Shown piece after piece: positions 41,087-51,699 of a stretch of 64,000 nucleotides of DNA; position 1 is the stretch's first letter; each line of letters starts with the position of its first letter. The translations under genes and the position numbers were made by a program. The notes under the pieces were generated by a model that saw only the letters and a program-made list of their open reading frames with translations, made no database searches and was not told the origin of the DNA. Where the stretch lies: contig CM022671.1 of assembly GCA_012295275.1 (NCBI GenBank), forward strand, positions 16,988,001-17,052,000, given 5' to 3'. This stretch comes from Chrysomallon squamiferum. Taxonomy: Eukaryota > Animalia > Mollusca.

Positions 41087-42070
41087 GCTGCTGGAGTAGA
41101 TTACTGTACAGTGATCATCAGAATCAAAGATACTTGTAATTACAGTGGAAGTCTGAGTTTGTTTGATAGGATCCTTTCAATCAATGGTTACTGCATAACC
41201 AGGTGTTCTGAGTCGCAGGTGTCAGAAATATTTGCAGACAGAAATGTGTCTGAATACCAGTTAGTTGTCCAGTCTCTGCAATATACTGATGACAGCAGAA
41301 CTAAGGAAATGTCATCAGAACAACTGCTTCCCAAAAATAAAACCAGTATGTCAAGTCCACGGGCAACACCAGCAAATTGCTCAATAGAGAGGACTAAAAT
41401 AACTGGATCAAACAAAAATCTACTTAAAAGTATCAGTCACGAACACAATCAGCCTGTTGCAACATCACCTAGTGTTGTGTCTCCTTTTGAGGGAAACTTC
41501 AAATCATCTTCACCCAAGAGACTGACAGAACACAGTGCTGCTCACCTCTATCATCCACTTTCAGAAAATGAGCTTGCTGCATCACCACATTATTCAGTGG
41601 ACGGCGCCGCACTTCTTGCCAGTTCTCATGTGTTCTATCAGTCAGATGTGCACCCTCCAGGAGTTCCCATGTCTAGTCAGTATGACAGGGCAGGTTTAGA
41701 GACAGTCAACTACAATAGAACTCAGTCTCTGCCAGTGACATACGATGATGACATAGGTTTAGAAGAAATTACGTGCGAGGTGCAATCACTACCATTACAA
41801 GCTGGTGTTTATTCGTCTGGCATTGTTGCTTCCAGCTCATTCAGTACTCAGGACAGTGGATTGGGTGCTATAGGGTCACAAGAATCTGGACATACGGACA
41901 TCTCTGTGTGTAGTTCACGCTCATGTCACCTGCAGCATTGTGTCTGGCATATGGCTGTACTCAAATACCCAGAGTATGTCATCTGGGATCCCGACACAAA
42001 GACAATCAATTTGGAGAAAGGTTCACAGTCTGCCTACGGATTTCATTACAAAGTTAAAGAACATTCACAT
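41087..42070 (+). CDS. Coding exon 2 (rest of PDZ1, Ser-rich linker, start of PDZ2)
   Basis: caccag|GCT ... CAT|gtgagt, 328 codons; GSLSLFDRILSING (PDZ G-L-x-x-x-D-x-IL-x-ING) and TINLEKGSQSAYGFHY. Confidence 0.88.
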
Positions 42071-43362
42071 GTGAGTATTTCTGTTTTAGTCCTGATGTAA
42101 ATCACACCTGAACCTTAGAAATATTCCATAACAACAATGAGGTGCAAATATGAAAGTGTGTTGGGTATAAAGAAATTCTGTTTATGCTGTGTTTTCTTTT
42201 CATCAGATATACCTAACAGTATATATATGTATATTTTCTTTCTTTTTCTTTTTTTTTTTACATGCATGTCTGTGTGTGAATGTGTATTTTTTTATTTCTT
42301 AGACTTGATTTGGCAAAACTGATATCAATAACTTCTGTTTACATGAAAGTTGATTATGGATGCAAACAACAGATTTAATAGGAATTAGTATTTGAAATGT
42401 TTTAACTATTGTTTCCATTGGTAAATACAGAACAATGGGTTGTTAATTTAGTGGAACAAAATACAACCACTTTCAGCATATTTAGTATATTTACATAATA
42501 CATAATTGCAGACTGACTTCAAGAGCTTTTGTAATTAAGTGATAAAATTCACTGATTATGTTTGCTTTGCTTACAAAAGAGTGTATCATGTCAAACATGC
42601 TATTTACTAGTTAAATGCCATTTGAACCATGAACATTCTTATGAAATATCTGAAATTGCAGACAATCTCATGAAAGATAACTTTTTTAAGAAACCATGCC
42701 AACAGTCTTTTGTTACTAACTTTTCTGGGTAATGATATTTTGAACTGGTGATTTTTAATGTTTGTTAATCTTCATATTTTTGACAGAAATAGATTTTTTT
42801 AAGTAGATATATCAATTACTGATTTAGTTATAATGTTATTTTGTAGAATGTTTGCAGTTTAAAATAGTTTTTTTCTATATGTGATTTTAAATATCTATAC
42901 TATACATTTAGTGCTATTAAAACTTCAGCATGTTTTTTTTTACATTTTGCCATTTTAGAAATCTGAAAATGTATGAATTTGATTTTTATTGTATATAGGT
43001 GTATGTATTGATTCTTTTGGCTGTTTTATATCTTACTAAATATATTTTCATACTTATATATGTAATTTATGTTTGTGTGCATATTTATGTCAAATTAATT
43101 TGAGTTTGTCTTATTTATTTTGTTATGTTCTTTGTTTACTAAATCTGAAAAAGTGTTTTTCTTGAAATATGAAACATGCATTACTCATCCAGTGGAAATG
43201 TAGTAAATAATTAAAATTCAAATAATCAAAGTTAAACTACAGTTGTTACCAAATATTGTCTAATGAAATATTGAAATATATAAGTCTTAAATGATTAATT
43301 TGTTTTGTTGATGTTCAGTACAAAATAGATACTACATGGTTTTTTAAATTCTCTTGTTTCAG

Positions 43363-43488
43363 CCTCGGGATACATTTGTTTATGTTCTTGTTGATTATGT
43401 GAAACCAAGAATGCCAGCCTATGGAAAGTTAGAAGTTGGAGACTGGATAAGATCTGTTGATGGTCAGGCTCTTCAGACATCAAAAGAG
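43363..43488 (+). CDS. Coding exon 3 (PDZ2 core)
   Basis: gtttcag|CCT ... GAG|gtattt; PRDTFVYVLVDYVKPRMPAYGKLEVGDWIRSVDGQALQTSKE, classic PDZ V-x-x-V-x-P-x-x-PA-x-x-x-L-x-x-GD-x-I-x-x-VDG; not in the ORF track. Confidence 0.88.
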
Positions 43489-43804
43489 GTATTTAATGAA
43501 ATCAGCATATGAATATTAGTATAACGACATTTAATTACTGACATTTTTTTTGTAAAGTGTCCAACATGCGATTTTTGTATTATGATTATATATATGAAAT
43601 GAAATAAGATAATAATTATGGTATTTGATTGGAAGTTTGAATATTTGTTTTGACTAATTTAATGTTATTTTTATGACATATAAATCATATAGTTACTATG
43701 ATATACCCATCAAAAGTTATTTTTGATAGGGTTTGTTGCTTTCATTTTTAATTTAAATAATTTGTTGTTTCAAAAGGCTAATTTGAATATATCTCTTTCT
43801 GTAG

Positions 43805-45027
43805 GCAAATTCACTGAATCTGAATCAGTCAAGTTCTCTCAGACTTGTTATTCAGCGACCAAAAGAAATTTTACCAAAAGCTGCTGCAAGTCTGACATTG
43901 ACGAAGAAGACTCTTCAGCCATTAAAAATGCCTCAACAACCACGTAGCAGTTCAAGTCCAGTCAGACAGCAGACATCTTTATCAGGAAAATCTACCAAGT
44001 CACCAAGGACTCCGGTCTCTCCATTTCAGAACGTTTCAGCAAATAGGGCTCAGAATTGTAAACTACAGACTCCAGAAAAATCATCTCCAGATTATGTTTT
44101 CAGTGATAGTTCCTCCCCTGCAATCAGCATGATCATGTCACCCAGTGGATTTTCTTCTGGTTCCCCTAGGGAGGTGCCTGTGCCTAAAGTGAGAATTTTT
44201 ATTTGTGGCAACAAAAGTAATGTCTTTGCAAATTTACTGATGATGAGAGCTTCAGAAGAAGCCAGAATTCCTTTGGAGTCTCATGTGCACTATTCAAGAC
44301 TTTGTCTAAGAAAGAATGATCAGTCAGGAGTCACATTTGACAAATGGCAGTATGGTTTAACAGAGAACAGAAACGAAAGCTACACTTCAGACTCACTACA
44401 AAACAATCCTTACTTCAAGTTTTCCTCAAATCACAAACAGATTAATGCTGACATTTTTGTGATATGGGATGAAAACTTTTTCCATCATTGCAGCCACTTC
44501 TTGTTTACGAAACACTCTGTGTTCTTGATAGCCTTTGATGCTCATAAACTGTTGAATTCTGCATCGATAGAAATATCACGCATTGAAAACATGCTGCACA
44601 CCATTCGGAGCTTTGCCAGTGATTCTGCTTTGGTTAAACTACACGGAGTACTTTCTAGTGACACAGTCAAGGCTGATGAGGTGCGTACACTGTTTTACAC
44701 TTCGCATGGCAAACAGTTCAGCAGATTTGCAATTTCCATTCCTGACATTGGTTTTATTCAAAAGGATGAAGATACAAATGACCTTAACAGGTTACGCTGT
44801 TCTGTTTTTGATATTGTGAATTTAGCTCTTGCCAAACAGACAGTTTCGTTAAAATCATTACAGCTTTCTGATACTCTGTCAGGAAAAGAAGGCAGGACTA
44901 AATGTATCTGGAGTTCTGAGGAACTTGCTCATTTGTTACAGTCAGTGTTATGAAGAAAATATTCTTAAAACCAATACAGCACAAGAAATGATCGAGCTTG
45001 GGGATCTTGTTCCCCTAACAGATACAG
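43805..45027 (+). CDS. Coding exon 4 (end of PDZ2, Ser/Pro-rich linker, degenerate Roc GTPase, start of COR); contains an apparent +1 frameshift near 44940-44950
   Basis: ctgtag|GCA; LRLVIQRP ends PDZ2; KVRIFICG, IWDENFFHHCSHFLFTKHSVFLIAFD and IENMLHTIRSF parallel Roc motifs; TGA at 44951 but the +1 frame reads YEENILKTNTAQEMIELGDLVPLTDT to donor G|gtaatt at 45027. Confidence 0.8.
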
Positions 45028-45623
45028 GTAATTATTTTATTTTATTTTATAATTGTTTCATAATATATCTTTGAAAAAAATCCTTATCTCAAGATAAGAA
45101 AGATTAAAAGATATTAAACTCTTTTCTTCTTCTTCTTCTTTTTATAAATTTCTTCAAGTAAATGTTCCAGAAGAATGCTTTAGAAATAACAACCAATTAA
45201 TTATACTGAAATATTGTACATTATTCTGATTCTAGTGTATACATTATTTTAACTGTCTAAATAGTAAATAATATGTTTTCAAATCCCAACAGGTTCACAA
45301 AAATTCAGATTTATTGTCTCATTTGGTAGCTAAACTATTAAACTTAGTAGGTTGTAATATAGTGGTGCTCTCTTCCTTTACATTTTTTCATTTTTAATTT
45401 GCCAATATTTTTTTTTTTTTTTATTAGTTATGTGGTTTGAAATAAATTAAACTTTATGGATATGCTTTACTTTATAATCCAAACAACCAACAGGTATTTA
45501 GATTCTATTGTAATTTGAATATCAACCATAATTATAATTATACATTATAGAGCAAAATATATCTCTAATTAAAAATGCTTTGTTTTTTCTTTTCCTTATT
45601 TAATTGTTTTTATTCATTTTCAG

Positions 45624-46161
45624 ATAATGCTGACAGGTACATTATTCCAGTAGATATCTTACCACGACTGGCTCATCTTGTTCTCTGGGCTGGTGTGGAA
45701 ACATCACCACACTCAGTTAGTTTAGCTGTGACCGAGGCATGGACAAAACTGTTAACAACAGCTACAGTCACCCATAAAGAACTTCTCATTCTGCTGGACA
45801 AAAACATCATGAACAGCGCCATGTTTGTCACATGTCTCGAGAGTCTGGGAATCATATTCAGAATATCGCATTCACATGGGATAGTCTCAAAAGACACTAC
45901 GTACCTTATTCCATACTTTCTTATTGAGTGTCCTCCTTCAGAACAAGTTTCTGAAGAGACAAGTCATGAGTTGTTTGTTGTATTTGAAAACCGAGTTCCA
46001 TGGGTGACATTTTTCAGAATAATCTCTGGCCTGGCCAGGCTTTCAGAATGTAGCAGACTGGAAATGAGTGGGCAGTATTGCTGTTTACTGTGGTTAGATG
46101 GAGTTCATGTTTCAGTGCTCTTTCAGAAGATGAACGACAGAGTTAGAATACTTGTACAGAG
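45624..46161 (+). CDS. Coding exon 5 (COR-like)
   Basis: ttttcag|AT ... AG|gtaaga, phase 1 to 2; LESLGIIF, TYLIPYFL, VPWVTFFRIISGL resemble COR motifs (L-x-x-x-GI, Y-x-x-P-x-x-L, P-x-x-x-F-x-R-L). Confidence 0.85.
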
Positions 46162-46750
46162 GTAAGATAGTTTTAAAGTGCCATCTTTCAGTTCTTTCTG
46201 ATTTATTTTTGTAGTTTGTAATTTAAAAAAAAACACCAAAAAAACAAAAATTCAATTCATTAAATACAATTATTTAAACTTGTAGTAAATCTTTGTTTTA
46301 TTTTTTAATTATATAATTATTTGTTGTCATTAAAACAGTAATGAAATTACAAATCAATAGAATTTGATTTGTTTTCTTTTTTTGTTTAAGAATCATTAAT
46401 GTATTTCAAATTTAAAATTATAATAATAGTCATCATAAATTAATGGATTCTTAGAATCTCCACAAATTTAATTTTCCATATATTATTAATTAGTAAGGTA
46501 TCCATCAACTTCTAGTTCAAATTTCCCTGTTTTCTGCTAGATAAATTTATCCATTTTTAATATTATTTTTAATAATGTGGCATAATTTTACACTATTACA
46601 ATTATAAATTGCTTTGGAGTAGCTAGAGGTTTATTCAGAGAAAAAAATATACACGTGTGTGTGTGTATGTGTGTGAATATGTGTGTGTGTATATGTATGC
46701 ATATAGTTATATAATATGTATAGATATATACCATGAAATTGATATTTCAG

Positions 46751-46997
46751 AGGACATGGAACGACAAAAGAAAGTGCTATCTTCAGTATGATAAAGAAAA
46801 TACTGATTTCCACTATGCCGGCAGACCATCACTATATATTTGGACCAGTTTGTCCACTGGTTGACAACCACAGAGGCAGCACAGCACACATCGTTGACAT
46901 TTCACACCAGTCTAACAACATCTGCTGTTCTGGCATCATTCTCGATCAACATCCAGCAGTCAGGATGTGGATGTCTTCTCCATCTTCAGAAAGCAAT
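46751..46997 (+). CDS. Coding exon 6 (end of COR-like region)
   Basis: atttcag|A ... AAT|gttagt, phase 2 to 0; GHGTTKESAIFSMIKKILISTMPADHHYIFGPVCP...AVRMWMSSPSSESN. Confidence 0.8.
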
Positions 46998-47593
46998 GTT
47001 AGTGATCTTTTTCGTTTCTTACACATACTACTATATTTAAAAGTGACAGTAAATCAGACTGCACATACTCAGGTTATTAAGCCTTTCTATGACTGAATTA
47101 TAATGGTAATGTATGCATGTTACAATCAGACAGTAAACATACAGTGTTATTTGTTTTAACTGTTTTGTTGAAGTAAAGTATAATTGTGATTAGCCAGCAT
47201 GATAGGAGTTGCTTAATGAGCAAATTAAGTTAAAGGACAGTCAATTGTCTGTTTTTATGTGTTTTTTATCTAAATACATTTTTCATTCATTTATCTATAC
47301 ATTGTGATCACACTGAAATATATTTTTGCTTGTATTCATCAAAAAAATGCATTTACTTGATATAGTTCTTTGTTTATTGTAATTAAAATTCTGTGAAAAT
47401 GGCTAAAATCCTTTTTTCTTTGTAATGTAAACCAGTATTTTCTGGTATCATTGGAAAGCCTGTGTTATCTGCTTTCCAAATACAAAAAGTCTGCTTGGTT
47501 AGTTTTAAAATAAAATACCAATAAATGATAAACAGACAACCTTCCTCTCATTTGTCTAAGCCAGCACTTGACATAAAGAAGTCAGTATATTAG

Positions 47594-49830
47594 GTGCATT
47601 TTTCTAAAATGACTGAGCAAGAAGCATCCATGAGTTTAGCAATATGCTTTAAATTCTGCTTGAGTGCAAATATTTTAAATAACAAAACTTTCAAAAATGT
47701 TGAAGACTTAACACATGACTTTTTTAAGGGTAAGGAAATGTTTGAGTGTATTGATGAAAATACAGACAACACAAAGATTTTGTCGATGAAGGTAATGTCT
47801 TTTTTTCGGAAAAGTGAGTCAAATGATTCAGAAAGTGAAAATCATGACAAAAGTCTTGTCTCTGTCACAAATTTGGCACTTGGACACTGATATAGATCAT
47901 TGCTTAGATGTTATACCAGACATCGAAAATACAAAAGTTCAACTGTAAGTGAAAAATTACAGACTTCTGTAGCATCTTTTGAACCAGCAAAACATGGATG
48001 CATATCACAGCTTTCTTCAGATGAAGTGCTTGAAAGGAAAATGGCAATGTCAGAGTTCAGTGAAGGTAAGAGTACATAATTTTTTAATAATATAAGTATT
48101 TTAAAAGGTCTCTAAACAAAGCCATCTAAAATGTAAATGATAAGTGAATTTATTATTACCTTTTCCTTGTTCAGAAAATATATTGAACAGACTTTTGCCA
48201 AGAACCTTGAAATATTACCAAAAGCTATAAAACTATTGCAGCTAGAATCCTGAAGGACCAGCATGATATGAGTAAACTTCAGACTTTTATTATATATATA
48301 TAATAAAAGATTATGAAAATAAATTAAATCTCTATGAGCGTATTATTATTTACTGTTGCAAAATTCAACAAATGGACACACATTTCTATTCTTTTTATCG
48401 TCTGAATTAGGACAATTACTGCAAATAATTTACTATTGCATCAGTGTTATAAGATTTTAGATTTTGTGTTTTGCAGGTGAAAAGGATATTATCCTTCTGG
48501 AAGTTATATATAGAAAAGCCAATGAACAAAGGAAAGATGATTTATTTGAGTTATATTGACAAACAGAAAAAACATTTCAGTGAAGTTAACACATTATTGA
48601 CTCAAAAATTCTGTGTACAGAAACATTCAAATTCATTTATGGGTAAGCAATTTTTTTTATATTCCACTAATTAGGGTCTAATTTAATTTTTTTTTTATTT
48701 AAATGTTTTTAATTATAATTTTTTAAAAACTTTTTATTTTTACTATATAAACAGCAGTTAATATTTTAATTAATTATCTTTGACTGTTTTTCTATCAAAC
48801 TATTTCTAATTGTGTTGCGAATTTTATGTAGTTTGTGCATATATCTGCAGTGTTAACATTTTATTGTTTTTTTTACAGCATTAGAACAAATTCATAGCTT
48901 TGTTGAAGCAGCACAGACAGCCTGGGGTGGCTTCAAGACAGAATTTAGTGAAAGAAAGTATAATTCACATACCAGTATTTATTAAGATACTTGAAAGGAT
49001 AGTTCAGTTTCTGAAGCATTTTGCACTAACTAATTTTGCCTGCGCGAGTATCAGGATCAAAAGGAGTAACGTGAAAATACTGACTACATATAAAGACTAA
49101 CGCTTCACTTTGGAGGCAGTATTGACAGACTGTTATTGCACAGGATAAGAGTTCATTTGAACAATCAATAATTTTTTATAACTGATTAAGTAATATTTAC
49201 TGGAATCTATTCAGCAATAGTTTCAAAGGAGTAAATAAAATAATAGTGATTTTGAGGATAATGTTATAATTCTTAGGATCACACATCCATTCTACATTGT
49301 TGTACCTTTTTGTTTGTTATTTCAAAAACCAACTGACTTCTTTAAAGTGATGTGGCAGGTTAATGTTACTGACACTGATCTTTAATCCTTTTTAGGCAAT
49401 CATGCTGCAGGCAAGTCACCATTTATCACTATGTGGAACCTCCATATTCCTTTTATTGTTGATGGAAGTCCCAAAGAGATATCTGCTGGCTGAGAGCAGA
49501 CAAAACAGTGAGAAGATACATCAAACTGTCAGTCTTCCAGAAGAAGCGAAAGTTCGAGTGCTAGGAGATCAATTTGAGCATCTGCAAATTTTGGAAACAG
49601 AAAGGAAATGTTACAACAGTTTGGTAGAAAAGTGTAAAATTATAATTTCTAAACCTGGCATAACCGTTCTAGGTCAGCATCTTCCCTCCTATTGCCTGTT
49701 ATTCATTTGACTTTGAACAGCAGGTCAACATTCCATACAGCGCACTCTAGCCAGGACTGATTTATTTCTCTGTGCCAAGAAAAGGTGGAATTTTTGGAAT
49801 ATATTAGAAGCTCTTCCTAGCAAATAATAT
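47594..49830 (+). pseudogene. Decayed multi-exon coding remnant nested in the intron between exons 6 and 7
   Basis: Protein-like stretches bounded by splice signals (47594-48065 with one in-frame TGA and gtaaga donor; 48477-48641 tttgcag/gtaagc; acceptors at 48878 and 49395) but broken by stops and frame changes. Confidence 0.45.
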
Positions 49831-51113
49831 ATCTGAAAGACAAGAACATCAACAGCAGTAAAAAGTTATTTCTTTACTTCCTCATTTTCTTCAGAAATGT
49901 GGACTGCGTGAAACAAAACTAGACCTATACAGCTGCTATGTTCAAAAGGGAATGAAATCAGTTCAGCATTTCAGATTTTCCAGTGACATACCAGGCAGTG
50001 ACTGTTATTACAAGCAGAAATTAAATGCTCATGAAAACATGTTTCAACTTGTCATGAGAGTTGGGAGATGAATGGAAGAATTGACTGGACTTCTCACAGC
50101 AACTCGCTAGGTCATAACATTCAACAGCTAGGGTGAACAGAAATGTAGGATCAAGTTTGTCCATAAACATGTTTTTTCTCTTTTTTATTACAGTTAATTG
50201 TAAACTTTGTGTATATTGTATTTGTAATGATATTATTAATTTTTTTATTTCACAATTACTGTATCTTTATAAGATAAAAAATAATGTATATTTGTGTTAC
50301 TTTTTCAAACTGTAAATATTTTGTTTAATGTATTAAGTAATTTCTTACTGATAAAAATGTTTTTCCCATTTTACATGCTGTATTTTTGTGTTGTTTATTA
50401 AGTATGAGCTTCAAAATTATTACTGTTTATCAGTTATTTATGTTTGTTTTATATACTGTAAAAAATTAAATGTTTTGTAAACTTTGTATTTTTAAAATAA
50501 ATTCTTGTACAAAAACCTAACCAGATATTGTCTTTAGACACTGGGACATTCTTTACTGCACTTTATGTAAGATGAAGGTGAAGTTTTATGAATATTGATT
50601 AATGGTTGCTAAGGAAAATGTTACAGATAACATTTTTGCATAATGATCGTACGGATTTATAATATTCAATCACTGACATCTTGTGAACCATTCATTTGAT
50701 TTCTAAATGGATTTCACTGTTGAAAAGATAATAGTATGAAGTACATAAAGAAGAGTAAAACAACAACTCAAATGACTTTTTTTTTGGACAAGCAACCCAT
50801 TTCATGCTGGATGGTCACAATTAAGGATCTGATTGTTATATATTCTGCTCTTACATTAGAAGACGTTTAAATTTTGCTTCAAGTATCTTTTAAACAAGTT
50901 TCTTGGATTAGAACACATTTTTACTAGCAATGTTGTTGACTATTTTCATATGAGATCTATATCCATGTATTATTATATATGTTAGCAAGGTCTTGGAAAC
51001 TGTAGATTGCATTAGTCATATATATCAGTAGGTATCATTTTTTAATTTTTATACATTATTTTGTCTTTTATATTTATTTAGTTATATTTGTTTTCTTTTT
51101 GTTTTCTTTTCAG

Positions 51114-51231
51114 GAAGATTCTGCAGAAAATAAATTAAATCAAAATATTGGTTCTCTGCCTTTCTCAGTATTACACAATGTTGTTGTTAGATTGTCAATA
51201 GAAGATTCTGATGGCTGGGAAACTATGGCAG
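51114..51231 (+). CDS. Coding exon 7 (Death domain, first part)
   Basis: Long pyrimidine tract ttttcag|GAA ... G|gtcact; EDSAENKLNQNIGSLPFSVLHNVVVRLSIEDSDGWETMAG; phase 0 fits exon 6; not in the ORF track. Confidence 0.8.
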
Positions 51232-51499
51232 GTCACTATAATTTTACATTCAGTTTTTTGTTTTTATTTGTATAATTTATATGCATCAGTGTGTGTATGC
51301 ATGCATGTGTGTACATGTGTATGTATACGTGCATGTGTTAAAATGAAAATATAGTACATGATTTCTGCCTGTGCACCATTATTCCCATACTTCGTACATT
51401 AATGGTTTAAATCCATTTAAAATATAAACAGTATGATTCTTTAGGTTCTTCACTTTCATTTATAACATTTTAATTTTTTTTCTCCTTTACCTTCATTAG

Positions 51500-51699
51500 G
51501 TCTCATAGGTAAAACTCTAGATGAGGTTAATATGTACAGAACTGTTCGTTCATTTGGGACCTTTCCGGCTGAAGAGTTACTGAAAGACTGGGGTCATTCT
51601 GCTGATGGCACAATTGGCAGACTGCTACAAATACTGAAAGAAATGAGAAGAGATGACATCGTTGAATGTTTAAGCAACTACTTAAAAAGTGAAAGCTGA
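51500..51699 (+). CDS. Coding exon 8 (Death domain, second part, stop)
   Basis: ttcattag|GT; LIGKTLDEVNMYRTVRSFGTFPAEELLKDWGHSADGTIGRLLQILKEMRRDDIVECLSNYLKSES*; P-x-x-x-LL-x-x-W...T-I-G-x-L-x-x-x-L-x-x-M-x-R-x-D Death-domain signature. Confidence 0.88.

Noticed and set aside
44941-44946. gtcagt as a donor that bypasses the stop at 44951
   Set aside because: Gives phase 2, which creates an immediate TAA when joined to exon 5 (needs phase 1).
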